A stretch of DNA of 53,928 bases, filler included, from Jimgerdemannia flammicorona (taxonomy: Eukaryota): assembly GCA_003990765.1 (NCBI GenBank). It is 2 parts of 2 records of this genome, joined end to end, with 100 filler letters (N's around TTAATTAATTAA, not from the genome) between each part and the next. Parts side by side here need not be neighbours in the genome. Positions count along the whole stretch, not along the records: positions 1 to 26,914 come from RBNJ01000680.1; 1 more part is not named here. The stretch is one strand, 5' to 3'. Below are positions 13,942-26,914 of this stretch, piece by piece. Below the pieces are notes generated by a model. It worked only from the letters and a program-made list of their open reading frames with translations. It did not search any database and was not told where the DNA came from. The position numbers and the translations under genes are program-made. Position 1 is the stretch's first letter, and each line of letters begins with the position of its first letter.

Positions 13942-16900
13942 TTTTTTTTTTTTTTTATAATTATTTAGACTTTTGCATTTATTACCATACTAATCTATAT
14001 CTATATAATATTATAACAAAGTTCTATTCTCTATCCAACTCTTCTGTAAGAACTATCTCTAACTACTTTTTGATTAAAAGTAATTACTCTCTCTACTTAC
14101 TTGAATCCTCTTTCCACTCTTTATATATTCTTTTTACTAGCCTATAGTATAGACTATTTCTAGGTCCTCACTCAGTCTACCACTCATTCAGCAACTCTAA
14201 CAATAGCCACTCCCACCTTGCTATTCTTATACCTAGAAATAATCTCTAGCTATTCTCAAAGATATATAGCTAATACCTAAAAAGACCAACCTATACTATG
14301 AGGGTCTACTCTACAGAAAGCTATTTATTGTCAACCTCTTCTCCATCACCAGTCATAACTATAAAGCACCCCACTGTCCTCCACCTACTCTTCTTAAAGA
14401 CTATACTCTCAACTAGCTCTCAATTATTAATATCTGACAGTATTTTGCACTCACCCAGTTAATGTTCTGAAGTCTGTACTACTCTACTCTCCTGTCTAAT
14501 ATTACTATAGCCTGGTAATGATAACTTTCATAACCAGCTTTTGATCTATATCCAGAAGTATTATTAGATACCAATTCTTCTACTTCTCTCTCATCTCCTT
14601 GTCCTTATACAGAGAGTCACCAGACCCATACATTGACCACCTATCTATACTCAGAGTCCATGACCTCATCACACATTAACTCTATTTCTTTCAGGACTAC
14701 CTCTACCCCTGCTATCTATTTTCAGAAGTTTCAGGATAAGTTATCCTCTCTGGAGACTGTTCTAAGACTAACCTCTACCAAGACCTTGAGGATCTCCTCT
14801 CTCTATACTGGATCTCAATCCTTCCAACCCCTCTGCTAAATCTGGATACCAGTCCTCCAAGTACTGCTCAATGGCCTGTATATTCTCACATCCATCTACC
14901 CCAGTAGTATAAACCCCTTCAATGATACCATATACTTAGACTGTCTCATCTCTGATTATATAACTCCCTACAAATCCTCTCTATTCAGCCCCTAGTACTT
15001 ACTGAGCCACATCTTGTAGCCTAGCCATCAGTATCTTCATAACTAGCTTGTGATCTATATCTAAAAGTATGATTGATCTCTAGTTTTTTTACTCCTCTCT
15101 CCTCTCCTTATTCTTAAACAACAGAGCCACAAAGTCCAAGTACTATTCCCCAATTTACTCTTCTGAACTAATAACCTCTTCTCACATATTGCCATTATCT
15201 CTTTCAGAATTAACTCAACTCCTACTATCTTTTTTCAAAATCTCATAGTAGGCTATCTTTCTCTAGTACTATCTCTGAGCTTATCATTGTCAGTACCTGC
15301 TGAATTTTCTCCCCTCAGACTGATGTACCAAGGTCATCTAAGCCCTCTACTAGATCTGAGTACCAGTCCTCTAGGTGCCTTTCAATGTCTAGTACCCCTA
15401 TCTCTCCTTTCTTCTCACTCTACAATTGCCTCTACTATTTGCTTAACTGGTCCAAAATCTCCAGTATCCTAATAACTAACTCTCTTGCCTCATTCAATAT
15501 CCCCTCCCATTACTGTTGTACTCTCCTCACCTATAGAAGTTATGATAAAAATTTTGTAGACTATTTCTCCTCTTCTAAACTCTGCCATCTCAGCTAGACC
15601 ACCATACTCTTAATCTGTAAGTCCTCCTCTTGCCTCAGCATATCCTTCAACTTCTCCACCTCCAGCCTAATCTGCTGTATTCTCCAATTCCTCTCTTCAC
15701 CATTATTCAACAGATCAGCCCAAGATACTAATAATCTCATCAACCTCCAGGAGGCCCACCTCACTTACTTCTTTCTCTAAGTACCCCACATTCTTTCTGC
15801 CTCTCCTCAGTACCATTGTGTATCTGATTTTAATCTCTGTCAGTAATCTCTAATTGCCAGCCCCTCTACTCTCTAGCTAAATATCCTAGAGCTAATGTTT
15901 ATCACCCATGTATCCTATAGAGAGACCTCTCTAAGCAATGAGAAATTTAGGCACCAATATCCAGGCCCCTCCCCACTTTCCCCTAAATATCCCTCTCCTA
16001 GAAGACTCCAGTGATCTGACCACAAGTACTGAATAGTTTTCAAAGTTCTCTAGATATCAACTCCTCAGCATTCAGTAGTTACATAACACTCAGTCAATCC
16101 TCAAGCCCAACTCTACCACTCAGTAAGTATAGACCCTACAATTCCCCTATTCAAGCCTCTCAGTATCCACTAATGAGCTCAGATGTTTGACTTCCTTTCA
16201 GACTTCTATACCATCATTCTTACCAGTCATTCTCCTTTCTCCATCAGTTCTGTCTATCTTTCTATCATATATTATATTAAAGTCTCTACCTAGACAGTCA
16301 ATCTCCACCTCTACCAATACTCTAGACTCCTGTAGTCCTCAAATCTATTTCACTCTCTCCCCTCTTTCTGCTGGACAATGATATGACTCAATTATTAAGA
16401 GCCTCTAGCCTGGTCTCTTCCAAACTCTCTATACTATCTTTTCTTTCCAATATCTAATATCCTCAATATCACTCCTATCCTTCCTAATCAGAATGCCTAC
16501 ATACTTATACCAAATTGCCACACTATCCCATTCCTTTGTCCAGTTCAGAATATCTAAGTCTCCCTCACATCTAACATCCTATAGTAGAAATAAATCTACA
16601 TCCAGCCCTTTTAGCCAGCTGAATATATTTCTATATCTCACTGCTCCTCATAATCCATTGATATTCAAAGAGAAGATTCTAGTTATACTGTTCATATTAA
16701 ATAATATTTTCAAAGAACAACTACCTACTCTATAATTCTATACTTATTATATCACCAGCAATATTCAGATTTCTTTCTGCCTCAAGCTCATCTGTCTCTC
16801 CCTGCTGAGTCTCCAATACCTCCAAGATTTCCTGATAATCTGCACTATCTACAGCTTCCATATTAGTCCAGTATATCTCACATACTACCTGCCACTTTGC

Positions 16901-17283
16901 TAGCCCCTTTCTTAGGCCCCACAGATAAGCAGCCTAGTCATTTGCAATTGTCTGAAGTATAGCTTCTCTTTCATTATCTACTTGATACTTCTCAGCTTCC
17001 AGCAAAGCTACTATTATCTCATCTCAGAGTTTCTGCAGCACCTCTTCACCTTACAGGATTTCTCTCCAGTACCTCTTACTAAGTACTCAAAAGTTCTCCT
17101 CTCTCAGCTCCTCAGCCACTATATTCTCTAGTATATTCCACAGCCACTTCTTCTCATCAATCATCTCCTCTACTCTCTGGGCCACTCCTTTTCCCCCTTC
17201 TACCTGCTCTCTCTCTCCATTTATCTTTGCTGACTCATTTCAATTCTTCTCTAATATATTCTGTAGTTTATCATCTCCTCTAG
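13942..17283 (-). mobile_element. LINE copy 3 (diverged subfamily; probably two nested or deleted fragments), cut in ORF1 by Gypsy A
   Basis: T-run at 13942-13957 followed by a 3' end resembling copy 1. The RT N-terminal segment appears twice (~14500-14860 and ~15010-15370). The endonuclease start ATGAACAGTATAACTAGAATCTTCTCTTTGAAT lies at ~16663-16695. Confidence 0.8.
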
Positions 17284-19316
17284 TGTAAGAGGGTTACTTT
17301 TTAGAGTGACCATTATGTAGTTCTGGAAGGGTTTTCTGGAAGTTCTGGATATTCTGGAAGACTGTTTTCTTATGGTCAAGATCAATTTTGTATGGAGTAC
17401 ATCCTCTATGCTTATTGATTTCAAGATTGAGTTGACATCTCAACCAAAGTCCTTTTTTTGGACTAGTTCTGGATGTTCAGAATTTTCCGTATTTCAGAAA
17501 GTTCAAGAAACTAAGACCAGCTTAGTTGAATTGGCATATCGCTGCAGACAACACCCAATTAGGAAATTTCGTGATGGGGTTAGGAGTAGGACCTAACAGG
17601 GAGCGGATTTACTTAAGAGTGGTTTGTGGGTTATGGAATAGGTTTATTTGCTATTCATGATATTGCTATACTAGGAGTATTTGTGTGAAGGGATATTGTG
17701 GGGAAGTGCTCAGGAGTTGTGTTCGGATTGTTCAAGTCTGAGATTCTGAGGTCTGGGGGAGGGGGTATTTATACTAGTGAGGGGCTATCTGGACTATGCT
17801 AGATATGGATGTAGCACTAAGTGCCTTGCTGAGTCGGAATGCAGTCACGTAGTATAAGTGTGATCTGACATATCAAGAGATTGTCTGACTGCTGAGTCAG
17901 TTCACAGTCACATCGTACAAGGCTAATCTAAGTATACTATGACTGCTAGGCTATTTATGGGTTTAGGCACTGTCTGGGTAGTCTTCAATGACATCACCAT
18001 TGATTGCATCATCTCTGATGAAGTAGTCATCTAGGAAGAGTGGTTCGCGGATTACTTCTCCTTGTTGGCTGAGGTAGTAATACATTGGGACTTCATCTCT
18101 GTCCCACAGGATAGCATTGTCTGTCTCGTAGGCTGGATAAGGTGTTGGTGGATGAAGGATGGGTGTATTGTCTTCGCTTTCATCAGATTCACTATCTGCG
18201 TACCTTATATAGGTTACAGCACTATGAGTTGCAGGGTTGTAGTAAGCTGGTAGCTATGGTTCATGTCACTCATATTCAGGTGGTGGGGTTGTTGGTTCGA
18301 TCTCTAGGGTTGTCTGGAGGTACAGGTTGTGTTCTCCAGTCTCTTCATTATAATTGAAGTAATCAGGGGTGAATGCGGGTTGGTATTCATACCAGTGATC
18401 ATTGTCCCAATAAGTCTCGTATGTAGTTATGAACTGTTGCAAGTTCATCGGTAAGTTTGGTGGTGTGATCAGGGTTGGCAGAGATCCTTGGCTAGAGGTC
18501 ATGTTGGCATCAGAGGGATCATTGTCTTCTGCTTCATCTTCGTTGAAGTGGATTATATCGTAGATGTCCTTTATGGCGTATCTGACTTGAGGCATTTGCA
18601 GGATGTAGTCATCAGGGTGCAGGAAGGTTCTGTCTGTGGTTTCGACATACTTGAGGTACTTGTGGTTGAGTTCTTGTATCATGTCATCAATTTGGCCATA
18701 GGACAGGGTAGCAACCATTTCGCTGGTAGTAACTCGGAGGTGGGGAATAAAGGTGTTGTACTCATAGAAGAGTTCTCGATGTTTGCGGGCGATGAGCTTC
18801 TGGTGTTGAGACATCTGGGTAATGTCTGTATCATGGTGGTGTTCGACCATGTCTTCCAGGAGGCGGCTGATCTGGTAGTAGCTTGAGATTTGTCCGATTT
18901 GGTGGGCCTTACTAAGTATGTTCAGAGTGTTCCATCGGGCTTCCATGAAGTAGAGGGGTGCTAGGCTATGGATATTCATGAGGAGCAGAGGGGGTGTGGC
19001 TCGGTTGACAATGGCATTCCAAATGTCAGCACAGATGTGGTTGTAGATCTCAGTGGTCATGTTTATGTGTTTGGAAGTTGTGGTTGTTGTTTGTTTTGGT
19101 TCTCTGATTCAACGCATCTCGGTGCTCAGTATATATGCATTTGGTCCTGATTGGTAAGATTCCGTTTGTGTAGATCTTGTGTTCCGTGACTTCATATTGA
19201 CTCAGCTTTGTGCACTGTGACTTTGGTTTGACTCAGCTTCGTGATCAAGCAGGTGATTTCCAGATTTGTTCGGAGATTGCGTGTGATTTCAGTGGCTTGG
19301 AGGTTGTGCGCTTACA
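17284..19316 (-). repeat. 3' LTR of Gypsy A (2033 bp)
   Basis: Minus strand reads TGTAAG...CTTACA. It follows the PPT directly and is colinear with 22868-24943. Confidence 0.95.
17963..19060 (-). pseudogene. LTR(U3)-encoded accessory ORF of unknown function; 264 aa open, ~365 aa reconstructed
   Basis: ATG at 19060, open to TGA at 18266. The same frame continues to TAA at 17963 (1098 nt total). The homologous frame is present in the solo LTR. Confidence 0.8.
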
Positions 19317-19330
19317 ACTCTCTCCTTCTT
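19317..19330 (-). other. Polypurine tract of Gypsy A
   Basis: AAGAAGGAGAGAGT abuts the LTR-initial TG; the same arrangement recurs at ~32824-32837. Confidence 0.85.
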
Positions 19331-19741
19331 AGCTTTCGACGTCCTCATCAGGGCCTTCTAATTTGTTCTAGTGTTGTTACACTGTTTGGGAGGTCAAAAG
19401 TCTGGTAAGGTCCATTTTTTCAGAAAGTGGCATACTCGTAGTACAGTTGCCTAATGCATTGGATTCACACGTTAAAGGGTCATGTATTCAATGCCGTGCG
19501 CCGGAAGTGATTCTGACATCATTCACTGCTGGAGAATTTCCTCTAAGGAATCTTCTTAAATGTCTATGCCTCGTTTCCCACCAGTGGTACAGGGAGAATA
19601 GGCTTGCTTTCAGTTTTGCTATTTTTCCAGAGGGTCGGTATTCTTGTCTTATTTTGCTGAGTTCGTGATTTGGTTTGTGATAGTTATAATGTTCAGGAGG
19701 GTAATATATAGTATGTATGGATAGGTGCAGAGTATTTGGTT

Positions 19742-19910
19742 CTAGTTGTTCAAGGAATCATATTCTTGAACTAGGTCAGTAGCATTCTGGAGATTGGTCT
19801 TGGGTTCCCAGGTTGCATCGTGGATCGGGTAACCTTTCCATTTGACAAGGTACTCGGGATGGTTCTTGTTACCATGTTTGTTGAGGATTTGTTCAACTTC
19901 GTATTCTTCT
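19742..19910 (-). pseudogene. Chromodomain at the integrase C-terminus
   Basis: Minus-strand translation EEYEVEQILNKHGNKNHPEYLVKWKGYPIHDATWEPKTNL. Confidence 0.92.
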
Positions 19911-22862
19911 TGGTCATTAATGATGATAGGTGCAGGTGGTTTGGTAGTTCAGTTTGGAAATAGCTCGTCATCATTGTCATTGTATCGCTTGAGACGTTGA
20001 ACATTAAAGACTGGGTGAATATTAATAGTGTCTGGTAGCGCCAATTTGTAGGAGGTTGGAGAGACTTGTACAATGACTTCGAATGGTCCAATGAACTTGC
20101 TGTTCAGCTTTGTGGATGGTCTGTGCTTGAGGTTGTCAACTCGGTATCCTCTGATGTCCAGTAGGACTTTTTCTCCAATATCAAAAGTTTCTTCTTGGCG
20201 GTATTGGTTAACATACTGTGACTGTTGTTCTTGAGCTCGTGATAAATTCTCAATTGCGATCTGGCTTAGATTGCACATTCGGAGTAGGAATTCTTCAACA
20301 GCTTCGACTGTGGAGGGTTCTTCAGTAGTTCAGATAAGTGTCAAAGGGGTGTTCGGGTTTTGTCCAGTATTGGCGAAGAATGGGGTCATTCCAAGAGAGG
20401 CTTGCTTACTGTTGTTGTAGGCAAACTCAACTGCGGTGAGGTGTTCATGCCAATCATCTTGTCTATAGGAAACATAGTTCCTTAGCATTTGTTCCAGAGT
20501 TTGGTTCATTCTTTCGGTTTGGCCATCAGTTTTAGGGTGAAAGGCTGTGGATAGTGCAAGTTTCGTTCCAAGGTGTGCATGGAGGGCTTTCCAAAAGTGA
20601 CTGGTGAATTTCAGATTTTGGTCACTAACAATGATCTTGGGGAGACCATGATAGCGGAAGATGTTGTCAAACAAGAGTGTGGCTATGTCTGGTGCTGTTG
20701 CAGTAGTGGTAGTAGGTACAAAGTGGGCTTGTTTGCTGAGATAGTCCACAAAGACAACAATTGCATCCTTCCCGTTCTTGGTTCGGGGTAGTTGTACAAT
20801 GAAGTCCATAGAGATTTGTTCCCAATTTGCGGATAGTACTGGAATAGGGTGGAGTAAGCCGGGTTTTGCTAGTGTTGAGGACTTGTTTCGTTGGCAGGCA
20901 TCACAGGAAGTGATGTAGGTTTTGAGCTGATCTGCTATGCGGGGCCAAAAGAAGTTTCAGGAGATAACTTTATAACATTTATCAAATCCTAAATGTCCAG
21001 CTGTAGGGGCATCATGACATTCGAATAGGATAGTCCTTCGGAGGTCTCGGTTGTTTGGAACATACAATCTGTCCTTGTAGTAAATCGCATTGTCCTTGAG
21101 TTGGTATTGATTGTACCGGGTATGCTTGTCAGCATCATCATTGTTCAGGATTTCTCGGAGTGCTTGAGCTTCTTTATCATCAATACATGCTGCGATGATT
21201 TATTCCATGATAGTGTTGGTAACCAAGGTCAGGGTTTGGATAACCTCTTTGATTGGTGATCTGGAGATTGCATCAGCAACAATATTTTCCTTGCCAGGGC
21301 GGTACTGAATTTCGTAGTCAAAGTTGGTGAGGACTTTCATCCATCTGGCTTGCTTTCAAGAAAGGGTAGCCTGGGTCTTGATGTTGACTAATAACTTGTG
21401 GTCGGTCAATACAGTGAAGTGTGCTCCTTCTAGATATGGTCGCCATTTGATCAGAGTGTCTACGATGGCTAGCATTTCTTTTTCGTGAGTTGCGTAGTTG
21501 ATTTTGGCATCATTGAACTTGCAGGAGTGATAGGCTACAGGGTGTCCTTCTTGCATGAGCACTGCTCCAAGAGCTAGGTCAGAGGCATCAGTGGTGACTT
21601 CGTATAGTAGGGCAGGGTTTGCCGCTTGAAGTACTGGTGTGGTTATCAGAGCATCTTTCAGTGCTTGGAAGGCGGTATCTTGTTCGGGTCCCCAATTTAC
21701 AAGATTGTTGAAGTCTTTCTCTTGTTTCATGGTCCAAGGTTGTTCTTGTTTCTTGTTGTGCTTGGTCATTTGGGTGAGGGCAGTAGCGATTTTAGCAAAG
21801 TTGGCAACGAATCGCCTGTAATAGTTTGCTAATCCCAGGAATGACTGGAGGTCTTTCAGCTTCTTCGGTCTGGGCCAATCTTTGATTGCAGAGATTTTGC
21901 TGGGGTCCACTTTGATTCCATTTGGAGTGACAATGTGTCCAAGGAATTGAATTTCTTTCAGAAGAAATTCACACTTGCTGAGTTTTGCAAAGAGTCGGTT
22001 TTCTCGGAGTTTCAGTAGTACTAGTTCAAGGTGTTCGAGATGTTCCTCTAGGGTTTTGCTGAAGACCAGGATATCGTCAATGTAGACAACAATGAATTTG
22101 TCCAGGTATGGATGTAGAATAGTGTTCATCAGAGTCTGGAAGGTTGCTGGAGCATTAGTTAAGCCAAAGGGCATAACCAGGAACTCGAAGTGTCCATAGC
22201 AAGTTCGGAAGGCTGTCTTGTAGATGTCTTCTTCTTTCATAGCAATTTGCCAGTAACCATTTCGCAGGTCAAAAGAGCTCATGAATTGTGAGTTGGTAAG
22301 TCTATCGAATATTTCATCGATCCTCGATAGTGGGCAACAGTTCTTGATGGTCTGCTCATTGAGATCACGGTAGTCAATGCACATTCGTAGGTCTCCTCCT
22401 TTCTTGACAACAAAGAGAACTGGTGCACCATAGGGTGATACGCTGGGTCTGATGAATCCTTGTTCTAGGAGTTCGTCGATTTCCTTCTTGAGTGCATCAA
22501 TTTCTCTTGGAGACATGTGGTAGATTGACTTGAAGGCTGGTTTGGCATCTTGTATAGTTTTGATTGCATGGTCTACTACTCGTTTGGGAGGTAGGCCTTT
22601 CAGGAGCTTCTTTGGGAATATGTCTTGGAATTTCTGGAGTAGTGGTCTGACACGGCTGTCAACTTTGGAAAAATCTTCTTCAGAGTTCTCGGGTTCTCCT
22701 TTGGATGGTCGGATGGAGATAGCGAAGAGAGGGCATTTCTTGGCCAATTTCTTGAGTTGTAGCTTGTTGATGTAAGTGATCTTTAGTCCAGGGTCACTGG
22801 AGTTGCGTGGGTCCTTTTCGCCTTGTAGTTTGAAGTTGTGGTGTCCTTTCTTGATGGTCAGA
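19911..22862 (-). pseudogene. Gypsy A pol: RT, RNase H, integrase
   Basis: ORFs 21356-22747 ([38 protein letters not shown]), 20330-20809 and 19949-20278, with a few stops. Confidence 0.95.
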
Positions 22863-22867
22863 GAATA

Positions 22868-24943
22868 TGTAAGCGCACAACCCCCAAGCCACTGAAATTA
22901 TACGTCGCCCTCTGAACAAGCCACTGAAATCACACGCGACCTCCAAACAAATCTGGAAATCACCTGCTTGATCATGGAGCTGAGTCAAACCGAAGTCACA
23001 GTGCACAAAGCTGAGTCAATACGAAGTCACGGAACACAAGATCTACACAAACGGAACCTTACCAATCAGGACCAAATGCATATATACCGAGCACTGAGAT
23101 GTGTCGAATCAGAGAACCAAAACAAATAATAACCACAACTTCCAAATACACAAACATGACCACTGAGATCTACAACTGCATCTGCACTGACATTTGGAAT
23201 GCTATTGTCAACCGAGCCACACCCCCTCTGCCCCTCATGAATATCCATAGCCTGGCACCCCTCTACTTCGTGGAAGCCAGATGGAATGCCCTGAACATGC
23301 TTAACGAGGTCCACCGAATCGGACAAATCTCAAGCTACTACCAGATCAGCCGCCTCCTGGAAGATATGGTCGAACACCACCATGATACAGACATTACCCA
23401 GATGTCTCAACACCAGAAGCTCATTGCCCACAAACATCGAGAACTCTTCTATGAGTATAACACCTTTATTTCCCGCCTCCGAGTTACTACTAGTGAAATG
23501 GTTGCTACCCTGTCCTATGGCCAAATCGATGACATGATACAAGAACTCAACCACAAGTACCTCGAATATGTCCAGACCACAGACAGAACCTTTCCGCACC
23601 CTGACGACCACATTCTGCAAATGCCTTAAGTCGGATACACCATGAAGGATGTCTACGATATAATCCACTTCGATAAAGATGAAGCAGAAGACAATGATCC
23701 CTCTGACGCCGACATGACCTCTAGCCAAGGATCTCTGCCAACTCTGATCACTCCGCCAATCTTACCAATGAACTTACAACAGTTCATAACTACATATGAG
23801 ACCTATTGGGACAATGACCACTGGCACGAATACCAACTCGCGTTCACCCCGACTACTTCAACTATAATGAAGAGACCGGAGAACACAACCTGTACCTCCA
23901 AACAATCCTAGAAATCGAACCAACAACCCCACCACCTGAGTACGAGTGACTTGAACCACAGCCGCCAGCTTACTACAACCCCGCAACTCATAGTGCTGTA
24001 ACCTATAGAAGGTATGCAGACAGTGAATCCGATAAAAGTGAAGACAGTACACCCATTCTTCGCCCACCAACACCTTATCCAGCATATGAAACAGACGATG
24101 CTATCCTGTGGGATGGAGATGAGGTCTCAATGTATTACTACCTTAGCCAATAAGGAGAAGTAATCTGCGAACCACTCTTCCTAGATAACTACTTCATCAG
24201 AGATGATGCAATCGATGGTGATGTCATCGAAGACTACCCAGATAGTGCCTAAACCTATAAATAGTCTAGCAGTCATAGTATAGTTAGATTAGCCTTGTAC
24301 AACGTGACTGTGAACTGACTCAGCAGTCAGACGATCTCTTGACATGTCAGATCACACTTGTACTATGTGACTGCATTCCGACTCAGCAAGGCACTTAGTG
24401 CTACATCCATATTCAGCATAGTCCAGATAGCCCCTCACTAGTATAAATACCCCCTCCCCCAGACCTCAGAATCTCAGACTTGAAAAACAGACTTGAACAA
24501 TCCAAACACAACTCCTGAGTACTTTCCCACAATATCCCTTCACACAAATACTCCTAGTATAGTAATATCATGAATAGCAAATAAACCTATTTCATAACCC
24601 ACAAACTACTCTTAAGTAAATCCGCTCCCTGTTAGGTCCTACTCCTAACCCCATCACAAAATTTTCTAATTGGATGTTGTCTGCAGCGATACACCAATTC
24701 AACTAAGCTGGTCTTAGTTTCTTAAACTTCCTGAAATATGGAAAATCCTGAACATCCAGAACTAGTCCAGAAAAGGACTTTGGTTGAGACGTCAACCCAA
24801 TCTTAAAATCAATAAGCATAGAGGATATACTCCATACAAAATTGATCTTGACCATAAGAAAACAGTCTTCCAGAATATCCAGAACTTCCAGAAAACCCTT
24901 CCAGAACTATGTAACAGTTACCCTAAAAAGTAACCCTCTTACA
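22868..24943 (+). mobile_element. Solo LTR of family A (2076 bp) inserted antisense into Gypsy A pol between PR and RT
   Basis: TGTAAG...CTTACA termini. TSD GAATA (22863-22867) / GAATG (24944-24948). The pol frame rejoins across it (MIDWVNHS|LTIKKG). TATAAATA at 24442-24449. Confidence 0.95.
23156..24252 (+). pseudogene. Second copy of the U3 accessory ORF
   Basis: MTTEIYN...DYPDSA*. Interrupted by TAA at 23627, a 1-bp deletion near 23850, TGA at 23947 and TAA at 24151. Confidence 0.8.
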
Positions 24944-24948
24944 GAATG

Positions 24949-25270
24949 GTTTACCCAATCAATCATGGAGTTCTCTTGTTTTAACATAGAGTTCCAAGAA
25001 TGATTTCATTATCAGGGAGTAGTACGATTTGGAGGGTAATATGTACTCAGTAGTCGCCAATTCGGAAGGGTAGATTGCGGACTTCTTTGCTAATAACATG
25101 TGAGGTTCCATTAGCTGTAGCAACTGCTTGAGTTTGCTGTACTGGAGAGATGAAGACCTTGAGTCTGTTGGCTGATTCTTCATTGATGAAGTTGCCTGAG
25201 GCACCACTGTCTATCATAATCTTGACAGGTGCTCTGTTGACAAAAGCCTTAAGGGTGAGTAGTTTGTCTG
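24949..25270 (-). pseudogene. Gypsy A aspartic protease
   Basis: APVKIMIDSGASGNFINE...VATANG...IILG. Confidence 0.9.
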
Positions 25271-25481
25271 ATCTAATGGTGGTGATTTCCGTTGTAGGAG
25301 CCTTTCTTCTGTTGGTTCTTCTTTGAGCCAGTTCGTTGACATAAGAGAAGCAATCATCAATCATTCGGGAAGAGTACATTCCAATACCATGAGGGCATCG
25401 GCCACTTGGTACATATCCATCTTCTATCTTCTTGTAGAATTGTTCTTCTTTGCTCACAGTAGGTTGGGCTGGGGCCTTGTT

Positions 25482-25889
25482 TGATGAGCCAAATCCTTTG
25501 GATTCTCAGATGGTAGGTAGTAGTTCAGGGACTTCCTTGACTGTCAGGGTTGACTCGATTTTTTCGAACAAGATCTGGGCAATGCAGAAGCCAATAGGGA
25601 TCTTGAAGGGTGTCCAACTGTGGTTTCGGATGAGGACAATGATTTCGCCTATGTAATCCTCATCAATGACTCCTCCTTCTACTGAGAGTTCTTTCAGTGC
25701 TAGGCTACTGCGACAGCATATTCTTCCAACATATTCTTCAGGGATTTGGATACTGATTCCTGTATAGACTTGTTTGACTTCTCAGTTGGAAACAGTAGCT
25801 TCTTCGGCTGCATACAGGTCATATCCGACTGCTTTTTGACTTCCTTTGGTTGGGGCCTTAGCAGTTTGTCTTAACTTGACAAAGTCTAG
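25482..25889 (-). pseudogene. dUTPase domain of Gypsy A, between the nucleocapsid knuckle and the protease
   Basis: Translation gives AVGYDLYAA, RSSLALK, GGVIDEDYIGEI, IAQILF and KGFGSS (motifs 1-5). It is in frame with gag and has two TGA stops. Confidence 0.92.
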
Positions 25890-25949
25890 TGTTCTGGTGG
25901 TCAGATTGTTGAGGTGGTGAAGAGTGGTAACAGTTGCTCATGTTGCTGT

Positions 25950-26909
25950 TCAGGGTTTTCGGTTGGGGCAGGCACTGACCATGTGTCCTGTCTTTCGGCA
26001 ATAGAAGCATGCTCTGCTTCTTCGAAGTTCATTTCTTTCACCTTCAGTAAGTTTCTTGAAGGTACTGGGCTGGGTGGGTTCAGGATTTCTGGGCATCCAA
26101 GAGGTGGATGTGGAGGGAGCTTGGGATGCTTCATGCTTGGGTTCTTCTTTCTTGGTCCAAGTCTTTTCCTTGTTGTTGAATTGCCTTCGGGGCAGAATTG
26201 GTCCAGCTGTTAGAATTCGCTTGACCATGGTCTTGATTTTTGCCAGACACCATTGTTGGTGATTGCAACCAACTGGGCGGCCTTGTTCTTGGATTTTTCT
26301 AGTGAGCCATTCAAGCAGTGCATCGAATAAATGGTCTGCTCTTGTACCATTTCATGCTTCATCGTTGGCAATATATCCTAGGCCAACAGTATTCAGGAGT
26401 GACTCGAGTTTTATACAGAAGGTTTCGAATTCTTCTTTGCCATGTACATCAAATTTGAGATTGCGGAGTTTTACTCGAGATTCGGCAATCATGGTCTCGC
26501 TGCGATATTGAGCAATCATGAGTTGTTTAAGTCCAGGGGCTGCAGGATGGGCTCCATATCCTGGGGCATTGTTTGCTGCATTCTGAGCAACTACTGCAGG
26601 TCGGGTATCCCATGGGAGGGGTTTTTCAGGAAGGGTTCGCCACCATTCTTCGGCAGGTCCTCGGAAGAATGTAACAACTCAGCAGACATAGGCTGTAGTT
26701 GTAGCAAAGAGTTGTTCCAGGGTGTGGTCTTGATTGTTTGTCAGAACGCGGTCAGCAACTCGTTCATTAGTCCATTGATTGGCTTCAAAGTTGGTGTCAA
26801 CTACACTAATGAAGCTTTGGACTTCTTGTGCAGTACCATTGAAGGTAGGTAGGCTCAGATTTTTGGTAGGTCGGATCTGTTCAGCTAAGGCAGTAATGGT
26901 TGCTGCCAT
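25950..26909 (-). pseudogene. Gypsy A gag
   Basis: Starts MAATITALAEQIRP...LPTFNG and ends KLTEGERNELRRSRACFYCRKTGHMVSACP. Confidence 0.88.
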
Positions 26910-26914
26910 TATAG

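Larger units (their letters stand above)
17284..26914 (-). mobile_element. Ty3/Gypsy chromovirus, family A (gag-dUTPase-PR-RT-RH-IN-chromodomain, 3' LTR); the 5' LTR is not seen because of the gap
   Basis: CFYCRKTGHMVSACP knuckle, IMIDSGASGNFI protease, YIDD RT, TTDASD RNase H, MDFIVQLP...HPKTDGQTERMN integrase, GPF motif, chromodomain, and PPT next to a TG..CA LTR. Confidence 0.96.

Noticed and set aside
18488..18886. 132-aa hydrophobic antisense ORF open in both family-A LTRs (also 23330-23728)
   Set aside because: It has a non-ATG start and is the codon-aligned shadow of the U3 ORF. Two close copies are not independent evidence.
22868..24943. Possible 5' LTR of Gypsy A or terminal inverted repeat of a DIRS-like element
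   Set aside because: It is opposite in orientation, has a 5-bp TSD, and pol rejoins across it. The element has a DDE integrase, not a tyrosine recombinase.
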